From positions 1 through 39,958 of the forward strand of contig CAIVGD010000325.1 of the NCBI GenBank assembly GCA_903905395.1: DNA of 39,958 nt. The letters run 5' to 3'. This document shows positions 18,061-27,148 of the stretch, piece after piece. Numbering within the stretch: position 1 is the first letter of the stretch; each line of letters starts with the position of its first letter. The notes beneath the pieces were generated by a model. That model ran no database searches and was not told where the DNA came from. It saw nothing but the letters and a program-made list of their open reading frames with translations. The position numbers and the translations under genes were made by a program. The DNA comes from an uncultured Verrucomicrobiota bacterium (GTDB lineage Bacteria; Verrucomicrobiota; Verrucomicrobiia; Methylacidiphilales; Verrucolacustridaceae).

Positions 18061-18696
18061 ATGCAGGAGTTGCGAGCCAACCATCGGATTCGAGCGCGCG
18101 AGGTCTACCTCGTGGACGCCGCCGGGCAGAAAGTAGGGGTGGTTAATTTCAACGATGCGATGAACGCGGCGCGGCAGGCAGGCCTCGATCTGGTGGAGGT
18201 CAGCGGCAACAGCATCCCCCCGGTCTGCAAGATACTGGATTTCGGCAAGTATCGGTACGAGATGGATAAACGCGACAGGGAGGCCAAGCGGCACAACCTC
18301 GCGGCCAAGGTTAAGGAGATGAAGTTCCACGTGAATATAGATCCCCACGACTACGCGACGAAGTTGCGCCAGACGGAGGGTTTTCTTTGGAAGGGGATGA
18401 AGGTGAAGGTGGTCATGGCTTTTCGAGGCCGGGAAATGCAGCACCAAGAGCTCGGACAGGCCCTCGTGGTGACCATTCGAGACGATCTGAAGCAGGTGGC
18501 GGTGGCGGATGCCAACCCGAAATTGATTGGCAGGAACATCACAATGATGTTAAATCCTCTCCCCGTCAAAAAACGGGTGCGGCGCTGGACGACCGAGAAG
18601 GCCGAGGGGGCCTACGAGGAAGAGGACAGCGAAACCGGAGGCCAAGAAGTAAACGAGGCCCCCCCCGTGGAAACCCAAACTCCCACCCCCTCCTGA
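18061..18696 (+). CDS. infC: Translation initiation factor IF-3
   Basis: NHRIRAREVYLVD, GLDLVEV, PPVCKILDFGKYRYE, VKEMKFHVNIDPHDY, FRGRE; infC-rpmI-rplT synteny. Confidence 0.97.
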   Translation: MQELRANHRIRAREVYLVDAAGQKVGVVNFNDAMNAARQAGLDLVEVSGNSIPPVCKILDFGKYRYEMDKRDREAKRHNLAAKVKEMKFHVNIDPHDYATKLRQTEGFLWKGMKVKVVMAFRGREMQHQELGQALVVTIRDDLKQVAVADANPKLIGRNITMMLNPLPVKKRVRRWTTEKAEGAYEEEDSETGGQEVNEAPPVETQTPTPS

Positions 18697-18703
18697 GGAT
18701 TTT

Positions 18704-18913
18704 ATGCCCCGCTCCATCGCTCGTAGAAAAACAAAAAAGTCCGCGGCCAAGCGATTTAAAGTCACGGCCCGTGGCAAGATTTTGTTCGGCAAGCCCGGAC
18801 GTCGGCACCTCGCATCGAGCAAGAACCGGAAGCGGATGCGCCGGTTGGGTAAAATCGCCGTGCTTGATAAAACAGACATGAAGCGGATTCTCGAGAATCT
18901 GCCCTTCCGCTAG
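18704..18913 (+). CDS. rpmI: 50S ribosomal protein L35
   Basis: KTKKSAAKRFKVTARGK...RRHL...LP; position in the operon. Confidence 0.96.
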   Translation: MPRSIARRKTKKSAAKRFKVTARGKILFGKPGRRHLASSKNRKRMRRLGKIAVLDKTDMKRILENLPFR

Positions 18914-18925
18914 GAGCTCCCTGCC

Positions 18926-19273
18926 ATGCCCCGCGCCACGAATGCCCCAGCCTCCCGCGAACGCCGGAAACGCGTAGTCGCCAGCGCAGCGGGTTACCGC
19001 GGCCGCCGCAGTAAACTTTTCCGCTACGCCAAAGATGCCACGATGAAGGCCAAATACTGGTCTTATCGGGATCGCAAGACTCGGAAGCGTAATTTTCGCC
19101 ACCTTTGGATCGCCCGCTTGAGCGCGGCCTGCAAGGCACAAGGGATGAACTATAGCTCCTTCGCCGGCGCACTCCGTAAAGCCGGAGTGGAACTGGACCG
19201 CAAGATTCTGGCCGACTTGGCCATCCACGAACCCGCGGCCTTTGCCGCCGTGGTTCAAGCTACCCGGGCTTAA
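18926..19273 (+). CDS. rplT: 50S ribosomal protein L20
   Basis: MPRAT...GYRGRRSK...[18 protein letters not shown]...[10 protein letters not shown]. Confidence 0.97.
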   Translation: MPRATNAPASRERRKRVVASAAGYRGRRSKLFRYAKDATMKAKYWSYRDRKTRKRNFRHLWIARLSAACKAQGMNYSSFAGALRKAGVELDRKILADLAIHEPAAFAAVVQATRA

Positions 19274-19288
19274 GCCGCGGGACCGGCC

Positions 19289-20329
19289 GTGTCCCTTTCG
19301 TCCCCAGATTTTGCGGGGATTCGCCAACAAGCTCTCGCCGAACTGGCCGCCGCCGCCGACGCCCCAGCCCAACAAGCCTGGCGGAACCGTTATCTGGGGC
19401 GCCAAGGCGAAACACAAAAGATTCTAGATGGATTGAAATCTCTCCCACCGGCCGAACGACCTGCGGCGGGCAAAGCCGCCAACGATCTGCGAAAAGCGCT
19501 GGAAGAGGCTTGGGCGGAAAAATTTGTGGGCGAAGTGGCGAGTGCTCCCTCTGCCTCTTCGGGCGTTTTGGATCCGACCCTGCCTGGTAGACCGTATCCA
19601 TCCGGTGCGGTCCATGTGCTCACCCAAACGCTCGATCGGATCACCGATATTTTTCACCGATTGGGCTTTGCCTTGGCGGACGGACCGGAAATCGAGACCG
19701 AGCACCACAACTTCGACGCACTCAACACTCAGGCCGATCATCCGGCACGAGATGAACAGGACACTTTTTACCTCGATCTCCCTCCGGGACCGCATGGGCG
19801 TTGGCTTCTGCGGACGCAGACTTCCACCGTGCAGATCCGTGTCTTGGAAAACCGAAAGCCGCCCATCAAGATGATTGCTCCGGGCCGGTGCTATCGCCGG
19901 GATGAGGTGGATGCCACCCACGGGCTGTTCTTTCATCAGGTGGAGGGGTTATGCGTGGGCGAGGGGATCGGGTTGCCCCATCTCAAAGGGGTGCTGGAGT
20001 TTTTCTTCCGCGAACTATTAGGCGAGGGGACCAAGGTGCGGTTGCGGCCGCACTACTTCCCGTTCACCGAGCCGAGTTTTGAGGTGGATTTCTCCATTCC
20101 TGGAAAAACGTTTCGTGGGCGGGAATGGCTGGAGATCGCAGGGTGCGGGCTGGTTCACCCGCAGGTTTTACGGGGTGTGGGCATCGATCCTGAGAAGTTC
20201 AGCGGGTACGCCTTTGGTCTGGGGGTGGAACGGATCGCCATGATCCGGCACGGGATCCCGGATCTGCGACTGTTTTACGATAACGACGTGAGGTTTTTGC
20301 GGCAGTTTGCGGCTGATGGCGCGGTGTAG
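19289..20329 (+). CDS. pheS: Phenylalanyl-tRNA synthetase alpha subunit
   Basis: NFDALN...HPARDEQDTFY, LRTQTS, YRRDEVDATH, YFPFTEPSFE, AFGLGVER. Confidence 0.97.
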   Translation: MSLSSPDFAGIRQQALAELAAAADAPAQQAWRNRYLGRQGETQKILDGLKSLPPAERPAAGKAANDLRKALEEAWAEKFVGEVASAPSASSGVLDPTLPGRPYPSGAVHVLTQTLDRITDIFHRLGFALADGPEIETEHHNFDALNTQADHPARDEQDTFYLDLPPGPHGRWLLRTQTSTVQIRVLENRKPPIKMIAPGRCYRRDEVDATHGLFFHQVEGLCVGEGIGLPHLKGVLEFFFRELLGEGTKVRLRPHYFPFTEPSFEVDFSIPGKTFRGREWLEIAGCGLVHPQVLRGVGIDPEKFSGYAFGLGVERIAMIRHGIPDLRLFYDNDVRFLRQFAADGAV

Positions 20330-20427
20330 GAGAAAGGATTTTTAAGAGGCGCGGAAGTGGGGAAGTCCGAAAGTGCGAATCCCGCGGTCGAGGGACACGA
20401 ACGCGGATGACCGCGAGTGTAAGTTGA

Positions 20428-20470
20428 CCCTACTTCGCTAGTCCCGCTCTGCGGACAGAGCTTCGAAGGG
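20428..20470. repeat. Small palindromic element CCCTACTTCGCTA...AGCTTCGAAGGG with an internal hairpin
   Basis: Ends are imperfectly complementary (CCCTACTTCG / CGAAGGG), with TTCG motifs and an internal stem GCTCTG-CGGA-CAGAGC (20446-20461). Single copy in this window. Confidence 0.4.
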
Positions 20471-20523
20471 CCCTCTCGGGGCTAGGGAGTTGAAGTCAGA
20501 AGAGCTGAGAATTGATGGCTAAG

Positions 20524-20621
20524 GTAGCGGCGGCATCTCCTAGGCCGCCTAGGTGGACGAGCAAGTTTTAAAAATCAGCGTAGGCGTTCTCGTTGCGACG
20601 GTACCGCCCTACATTTGTTTT
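20524..20621 (+). repeat. REP/REPIN-like element, copy 3 (complete doublet)
   Basis: GTAGCGGCGGCATCTCCTAGGCCGCC, a spacer, then GGCGTTCTCGTTGCGACGGTACCGCCCTAC; collinear with the reverse complement of 13893-13977. Confidence 0.8.
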
Positions 20622-20950
20622 GGAGGATCGAAGTTGCACGTGATGTCGGGCGAGATTTCTGTCCCGCAGAGTTGGGTGTGTAGTTTCGAGATTTTTGCGG
20701 GCGGGCTACCTCGGCAGAGGGCGGATGCCGGCCTATCAACGGAGGGCTCTTCCAACGGCATCTTACACAGGCCTAGCCAAACATCGCGAACCCGTTGGTG
20801 TAGCTATGGACACCCACTACGATCCCTATGGTCCAGATCATTGAGACTGCGGTCTTCGTAAGCAGGGACATCAGTGTGGTCACAATCCCTCTTTTGGCCT
20901 TGGCCTTGCACGAAATTCCACGACCCAACCTCAGTCCGCTGAATACTAAC

Positions 20951-22216
20951 TCACGGCAACGCGCCACGTGCGATAAGTGCCGAGCAAACATTTCTCAGTG
21001 CAAGATACATGGCGGCCTCACGCGTGGGCAATTTGCGTGACTTCGCCGTATCGTGCACCAGTTTGAATTTGTCTTTCATGCGCTTATCCATCCTGATCAA
21101 GACCTCTTCCCGCGACATCTGTTCTTGCTGGGTTTCCTGCGTGTACTCCAGGTACGACACAAAGACACCACCCGCATTACAGAGAATATCCGGGATTACA
21201 TACACGCCGCGCTGGTTCAGGATCACATCCGCATCGGGGCTGGTTGGGCCATTGGCACCCTCGGCAATGATTTTTGCCTGAATTCGCTCGGCATTCTTGG
21301 ATGTAATCTGGTTGGCCGTGGCACAAGGAGCCAAAACATCGCAGGGCATCTCCAGTAGCGCATCATGCGAGACAACTTGCCCCTGTCCGGCACCGCGCAA
21401 CGAATTGGTCTTTCGGACATGCGCCAGCAACGCAGCGACATTCAACCCATTCGCATCGTAAATGGCCTCATCGACGTCCGATACTCCAACCACTTTCGCC
21501 CCCAACTCGACAAAGGTCTCTGCCGCGCCTGCGCCAACGTTTCCAAATCCCTGAATAATTATCCGGGCACCTTTGAGTCCGCCGCCTAGTGTGGTGAGTG
21601 CTTCCATGGTCGAGAGCACCACACCCCGGCCGGTTGCCTCACGCCTACCGGGAATGCCGCCCATAATGATCGGCTTGCCGGTAACGTATGAACCCTGCGT
21701 CGTTGCGCAACCCAAAGAGTAGCTGATCGTGTCCTTAATATGACCCATATCGCGCTCGTTCGTACCCATGTCGGGTGCAGGCACATAAATCAGAGGATGG
21801 ATGTTCCCGCGCGCGTTGCGGGTGAAGCTACGGATCAATGTCTGCTTGTCATCGGGGGACAGCTTGAGCGGATCCGCAACAATACCGCTCTTTCCGCCAC
21901 CGAAGGGCACTCCTATCAGGGCACACTTCCATGTCATCTCCATGGCCAGAGCGGTGACATCGTCCAGTGTCACCATAGGCGACATCCGAATCCCTCCCTT
22001 GCAGGGGCCAATAGCATCGCTGTGGCGAACGATAAAAGCGTCGATGCTGTGGATCTTTCCGTCACTGAATTGAGGGGCAAGTCGAAACTCGCTGCGCTCC
22101 TTGGGATGACGCAGCTTCTGCAGTAAGTCTGAGGGAAACTCATCTGACAGCAGTACGCTAGCCCGGTCGAAATTAGCACGGGCACTGGCCAACATGGTCG
22201 AGTTCCCGTATTTCAT
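20951..22216 (-). CDS. gdhA: Glu/Leu/Phe/Val dehydrogenase, probably glutamate dehydrogenase
   Basis: GPCKGGIR, MTWKCA, PFGGGKSG, VPAPDMGT, VTGKP, ATGRG, QGFGNVG, EGANGP, PDILCNAGGV. Start is ATG 22216 or 22195; the ORF is open from 22324. Confidence 0.88.
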   Translation of the reverse strand: MKYGNSTMLASARANFDRASVLLSDEFPSDLLQKLRHPKERSEFRLAPQFSDGKIHSIDAFIVRHSDAIGPCKGGIRMSPMVTLDDVTALAMEMTWKCALIGVPFGGGKSGIVADPLKLSPDDKQTLIRSFTRNARGNIHPLIYVPAPDMGTNERDMGHIKDTISYSLGCATTQGSYVTGKPIIMGGIPGRREATGRGVVLSTMEALTTLGGGLKGARIIIQGFGNVGAGAAETFVELGAKVVGVSDVDEAIYDANGLNVAALLAHVRKTNSLRGAGQGQVVSHDALLEMPCDVLAPCATANQITSKNAERIQAKIIAEGANGPTSPDADVILNQRGVYVIPDILCNAGGVFVSYLEYTQETQQEQMSREEVLIRMDKRMKDKFKLVHDTAKSRKLPTREAAMYLALRNVCSALIARGALP

Positions 22217-22509
22217 CTGATCTGATGGGAAACCGCTTTTCGGATATCGTGAATAGTGGTCATTCGTGCCACATGAAGGGGCATTCTCATACCTTCTGAT
22301 AGGAGAAATTGTGGGTGGAGACAAGTCTTGCTATTGGAGTGCCGGTTTCTGGTTGCGGTGTGCGGTCCGCACTCACGGAACAGCACCGTTTTCCGGCGCC
22401 CCCCCCCCAGGGGATTATTCTTGTTGCGTCACTTAATCCCGCGGTCACGGAAACCGTCCCGCAGTTGTTGCGGTTTTCTGGTTTAAAATTTCGATCCAAG
22501 ATGTTTGAA

Positions 22510-22976
22510 CTATGTAACCGTGGTTTTTAGGTTCACCCACCTCGTGGTCATGACATGAAGGACAGGTGTGAGAAAAACCCCGCGGAGGGTGCCGACAAGC
22601 ATCCCGACGATGACGGCCGCGCCCATGACGCGGCGAGCGGGGTGGTGAGGAGGGCGCTGAACGGGAGGGATCAACTTTCGTACAGAGCCGCGAGGATGGG
22701 GAAGACGAAGATGATGGAGAGGATGAAAGCTCCGGTGGCCGCACCTTCGGCGCGCTTCTGCTGGAAGGCGAGGGTATCCAAAATAACTCATCGTGGATGG
22801 AAGGACTTTTTTGGCGCCCTCTTCGATAGCGGTCAGGGCTTGGCCTGAGCTGTAGTCAGGGGCGACGCTTCCCATGATCTCTGCACAGCGGTAAAGGTTG
22901 AAACGGTTGAAGTCGTTCACATAGGAGCCGCCAATGAGGGTCAGAAGGGCGGAGCAAACCACGCCGATCTCGGCGT
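22510..22976 (-). pseudogene. Collapsed remnant of an HAE1/AcrB-family RND efflux permease
   Basis: Ordered fragments: GGSYVNDFNRF | NLYRCAEIMGSVAPDYSSGQAL...VLP, then frameshifted LAFQQK...FVFPILAALYES*SLPFS (YESW changed to TGA at 22673-22671), then MGAAVIVGMLVGT...VFLTPVL (last TM helix). Confidence 0.8.
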
Positions 22977-22986
22977 TGATACTGTC

Positions 22987-23784
22987 TCAGCTCTTTTCGA
23001 TCATGGCGTAGGCGCTGTGGTTGTGGATGCTTTCGAAGTTTTCGGCTTCGATGCGGTAACTGCGGATATCGGGATGGGCATCGCATTTCAGAGCGACGGC
23101 TCGGACGAGGTCCTCGACAAAGACAGGGTTGTCGTATGCGCGTTCAGTGACGTGTTTTTCGTCGGGCCGTTTGAGGAGGGAGTAGATTTCCGAGCTGGCG
23201 CAGGATTCGACGAGGGAGACGAGATCTTCGATCCAAACGGTTTTACCGAACGTGACTTCGAGCCGGACTTGGCCGCGCTGGTTGTGGGCGCCGCGTTCAC
23301 TGATGGCCTTACTGCAGGGGCAGAGGGTGGTGACGGGGACGGTAACTCCGAGCTTGAAGCGGAGATCCTTTCCGTGGAGGGCGGCGTCGAAGCGGGTTTG
23401 ATAATCGACGAGGCCGGCGGCGGCGGTGACGGGGGCTTTTTTCTCGATGAAATAAGGGAAATCGAGTTCGAGGTGGGCGGAGTCGGCTTGGAGTCGTTCT
23501 TGAAGGGCGCGGAGGATCGCGGGAATGCTTTCGACATGGATGAGACCGCCGTATTCCTGGAGGACTTCGACGAAGCGGCTCATGTGGGTGCCCTTAAAGT
23601 GGTGGGGAAGATCGACGGCGAGGGCGATGGTGGCGACGGTGTTCTGAGTGGCGTGGGCGCGGTCGCGGACGATTATGGGGTAGCGAAGTCCTTTGACGCC
23701 GACCTTATCGATCCGGAGATTGCGGAAGTCCGGGGAGGCTTGGGTGTCGTGCAGGGAACCGGGCTGGGAGGATATCTTTTTCAA
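22987..23784 (-). CDS. folE2: GTP cyclohydrolase IB (FolE2)
   Basis: IDKVGVKGLRYP, KGTHMSRF, TTLCPCSKAISERGAHNQRG, LLKRPDEK, NPVFVED, ESIHNHSAYA. Confidence 0.95.
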   Translation of the reverse strand: MKKISSQPGSLHDTQASPDFRNLRIDKVGVKGLRYPIIVRDRAHATQNTVATIALAVDLPHHFKGTHMSRFVEVLQEYGGLIHVESIPAILRALQERLQADSAHLELDFPYFIEKKAPVTAAAGLVDYQTRFDAALHGKDLRFKLGVTVPVTTLCPCSKAISERGAHNQRGQVRLEVTFGKTVWIEDLVSLVESCASSEIYSLLKRPDEKHVTERAYDNPVFVEDLVRAVALKCDAHPDIRSYRIEAENFESIHNHSAYAMIEKS

Positions 23785-23862
23785 ACGGAATTCATGTTAA
23801 CCCGATCCACCTTGCTGGCAAAACGGAAGGTGCTCCCGGAGGTGAATGAATCCAAGAGGGGC

Positions 23863-25347
23863 TCATCGTGTCTTGCCGTCGGCTAAAATTAGTTTTTCGG
23901 TTGTTTCAGCGGTCAACAAAACGCCAGGCAGCCCGGCTCCCGGATGAGTGGAAGCTCCCACCAGATACAGCCCTGCCACATCTTCGCTCCGGTTGTGAGG
24001 CCGAAAGATGGCGCTTTGGGTCAGTTTGGGTTCCACTCCCCAGGCACTGCCATAGCAGGCATTTTGTTTAGCCAAGAAATGATCTGGCGTAAAAATCTCC
24101 ATCACTTCGATATTTTTCTGCAGTTCCGTAAGTCCAAATTCATGCTCGAGAAAATGAAGCACCTTGCGGCTGTAGGGTTCAGCCTGTTTAGACCAGTCGA
24201 TCCCGCTTTGCAGATTGGCGACGGGAATCAATACATACAGCGATTCACAGCCCGGAGGCGCCATGGAGGCATCGGAGCGCGTTGGCGCATGGAGGTAGAG
24301 GGAAAAATCATCAGGGAGAATCTTTCTTTTAAAAATATCCATGATGAGCTGTTTGTATCGATGGGAGAGGATCAAGGTATGATGCAGTAATTGCGGATAC
24401 TGCCGCTTAATGCCGAGATAAATAAGGAGCGCGCTCATGGAATAATCGAGGCGCTTTAATTTCTTGTCGCTCCATTTGCGGCGGTGTTCCGGTTTGAGCA
24501 GATCGCGATAGGTATGAATCATGTCTGCGTCGGAAACCACCACGTCGGCGGGATAAAAAGCTTTTCCGGTCCTGACGCCGGTGGCACGACCGTGGGCCAC
24601 GACAATCTCCTGAGCCGGTTCCTCGGTGCGGATCTCTCCGCCGGACTCGATAAACAATTTCTCAAAAGCCCGAACCAAGCTGTACATGCCACCTTTGGTG
24701 TAATGAACGCCGCCCACTTTTTCCAGATAGGGAATCATCAAATAGATGGAAGGCGCCGCAAACGGATTGCCGCCAATGAACAACGGATGGAAGGAAAACA
24801 TGAAACGATGGCGAAAATCCTTGAAATAGTGTTTTACGAAAGTGTAGCAAGGCAGGATCGCTTTTAATTTTATCGCCCTCGGCACAAAAGCCAGCATCGT
24901 CCGCCAATCCATAAACGGGGTGGAGCCCAGTCCTTGCACGATGACGGATTCATGGATGCCTTGGGAGGCCTTCATGAAGGCATCATAGTGCCGGGCGTCC
25001 CGGGGATTGAATCGGGCCATCTGTTCCTTCATCCGCACGCTGTCCGGGGAATAATCAAAATAACTTTTGTCATGAAAATAAATCCGATAAAACGGATCCA
25101 AAGGCACAAGATCGACATAATCCGCCAGCTTTTTGCCGGCCTTATGAAACACCCGTTCGATGATCTCAGGTGCCGTAATCAACGAGGGTCCCATGTCCCA
25201 CGAATATCCCTGCTTGTGCAGAGGGGAGGCATGGCCGCCCACTCGATTGTTTTTTTCCAGCAAGGTGACTTGATAACCTGAGTTTTGCAGTCGGCAGGCG
25301 ATGGCAAGTCCGCCGAATCCGGAACCGATGACCACGCATTTCTTCAT
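23863..25347 (-). CDS. crtI: Phytoene desaturase
   Basis: VIGSGFGGLA, DMGPSLIT, FSFHPLFIGGNPF, SLYLHAPT, QSAIFRPHNR, LVGASTHPGAGLPGV. Confidence 0.88.
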   Translation of the reverse strand: MKKCVVIGSGFGGLAIACRLQNSGYQVTLLEKNNRVGGHASPLHKQGYSWDMGPSLITAPEIIERVFHKAGKKLADYVDLVPLDPFYRIYFHDKSYFDYSPDSVRMKEQMARFNPRDARHYDAFMKASQGIHESVIVQGLGSTPFMDWRTMLAFVPRAIKLKAILPCYTFVKHYFKDFRHRFMFSFHPLFIGGNPFAAPSIYLMIPYLEKVGGVHYTKGGMYSLVRAFEKLFIESGGEIRTEEPAQEIVVAHGRATGVRTGKAFYPADVVVSDADMIHTYRDLLKPEHRRKWSDKKLKRLDYSMSALLIYLGIKRQYPQLLHHTLILSHRYKQLIMDIFKRKILPDDFSLYLHAPTRSDASMAPPGCESLYVLIPVANLQSGIDWSKQAEPYSRKVLHFLEHEFGLTELQKNIEVMEIFTPDHFLAKQNACYGSAWGVEPKLTQSAIFRPHNRSEDVAGLYLVGASTHPGAGLPGVLLTAETTEKLILADGKTR

Positions 25348-25408
25348 AAAAATTCTCCGCTCTTCTTCACTTCTCGAATGCTCGGGTTGATGTCGTCCAA
25401 AGCAATCC

Positions 25409-26890
25409 TCATTGTGGCACTTCCCGCATGATCAGATCGGACGCGATCTTGCCGGACAACAACACCAGAGGGACGCCTCCGCCTGGGTGCGAGGAACCTC
25501 CGGCAAAGAACAGGCCTTTGATCTCTCGACTGCGATTGGACGGACGGGTGAAGGCCGTGAGCCGCGAATTGCTGGCCAGGCCGTAAATACTACCGCGATT
25601 ACTGCTGAGGTGATCCTGCAAATCAAGCGGGGTGATGACTTTTTCGAAGGTGATGCTGTTCCGGATAAAAACACCGTGCTGTTCCAGCCGATGTAACACT
25701 TTTTCCCGGATCGAGTTGACGATTTCCGGCCAGTTGTGATCCGGGCGAACCGGCGGCATATTGACCAGGACAAACCAGTTTTCCGCGTGGGGGGGCGCAT
25801 CGGCCGGATTGGATTTGGCCGAAATGGCGACGTACACGGTCGGGTCGTCCGGCGGCTGTTGCTCTTGAAACAAGGAATGAAACTCTTGCCGATAATCCCG
25901 AGAAAAAAAGATATTATGCTGGAGGAGATTCGGATGTTCCTGATTCACCGACCATAAGAACATCAACCCGGATAGGGATGGCTCCAGTTTGGCCAGTTTT
26001 CGATTCGGTTTTTGCATTTCCGGCAACAGATCCCGGAAAGAGGTCACCACATCCCCGTTGCACAGGACGTAGTCTGTGGCGATTTCCTTGCCGTCCACCT
26101 TAACCGCCTTGATTTTTTTCCGATGATGGATGATTTTCTGCACCCGACTACCGCACTGGATCGATACGCCGTTTCGTCGGGCCAGTTGGACCAGTTGTTC
26201 CACCAGGCGGTACATGCCGCCCTGCACAAAAAAGCCGCCCAATCCATACTCGACATAGGGAATGACGTTCAAGGTGGCCGGCGCTTGGAAAGGATCGGAG
26301 CCGTTGTAGGTGGCGTAACGATCGAACAGCTGAATGACATGCGGATCCTGAAAAAAACGGACAACCCCCTGATGTACGGTGGACAACGGATCCAGCTGGG
26401 GCAAATGGAGCAGGGCGGTCAGATTTTGTCGACGCCACCAGACCGAGGGTTCATGGATCGGAGAAAATAAGAAAGGATCAGCCGTGAGTTCATAGATCCG
26501 GCGGCTGTATTCGAAAAACCGCGGTAACGCTTGGGCATCGGCGGGGTGGATTTTCCGTATTTCCTGCTCGAAACGGTCTTGAGCGGCAAAGGCATCCAAC
26601 TGAATGCCGTCGGAATAAAAATAACGACACAGAATTTCCAGGGGAATAAAGGAGAGGTGATCCTCGCGTTTTTCACCACAAAATTGGTACAGCTCGTCGA
26701 TTACGAACGGCAGGGTCAGCAGGGTCGGCCCGATATCGAAACGATATCCTTCGTGCCGTAATTCCGAGAGTTTTCCGCCCGGAGATTCCGCCTGCTCGAA
26801 CACTTGCACGGACAAACCTTGCCGGGCCAAACGAATCGCGGCGGCCAGTCCGGCCAGTCCGGCACCGATGACGATGACTTGCTTGGGCAT
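25409..26890 (-). CDS. CrtI-family carotenoid desaturase, resembling CrtD (1-hydroxycarotenoid 3,4-desaturase)
   Basis: VIGAGLAGL, FDIGPTLLT, RYATYNGSDP, DPTVYVAIS, ENWFVLVN, GGSSHPGGGVPL. Start is ATG 26890 (GTG 26911 is an alternative). Confidence 0.8.
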   Translation of the reverse strand: MPKQVIVIGAGLAGLAAAIRLARQGLSVQVFEQAESPGGKLSELRHEGYRFDIGPTLLTLPFVIDELYQFCGEKREDHLSFIPLEILCRYFYSDGIQLDAFAAQDRFEQEIRKIHPADAQALPRFFEYSRRIYELTADPFLFSPIHEPSVWWRRQNLTALLHLPQLDPLSTVHQGVVRFFQDPHVIQLFDRYATYNGSDPFQAPATLNVIPYVEYGLGGFFVQGGMYRLVEQLVQLARRNGVSIQCGSRVQKIIHHRKKIKAVKVDGKEIATDYVLCNGDVVTSFRDLLPEMQKPNRKLAKLEPSLSGLMFLWSVNQEHPNLLQHNIFFSRDYRQEFHSLFQEQQPPDDPTVYVAISAKSNPADAPPHAENWFVLVNMPPVRPDHNWPEIVNSIREKVLHRLEQHGVFIRNSITFEKVITPLDLQDHLSSNRGSIYGLASNSRLTAFTRPSNRSREIKGLFFAGGSSHPGGGVPLVLLSGKIASDLIMREVPQ

Positions 26891-27148
26891 ATCGGTTGGA
26901 CATTTTTTCACAAACCAGACAAGACGTCACGACCAGAGCACACCAGTGAACACAATCTTTCATCGGGCTCGTCAAAACACGCGGATTCAGGTTCAAGGTT
27001 TCATGATGGGGCGCAAAACCTTCAAATATCGTTGCGTGAAAGCAGGCGAGAGAACAGAATGTCTTGTTATGGGTATTAGCAAATTTGATCCAAACCATCC
27101 GTGGAGGGGTGGCTGTACTCCCGAATGACTTCGGGCGCGTATAAGATC

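Noticed and set aside
20553-21040. Small ORFs between pheS and gdh (20553..20861 +, 20773..20991 -, 20828..21040 +)
   Set aside because: They overlap repeats or the gdh 3' end and have no recognisable motifs.
27085-27098. FNR/CRP-like site TTGAT-CCAA-ACCAT upstream of nifJ
   Set aside because: The second half-site has two mismatches and there is no properly spaced -10 element; biologically plausible but unsupported.
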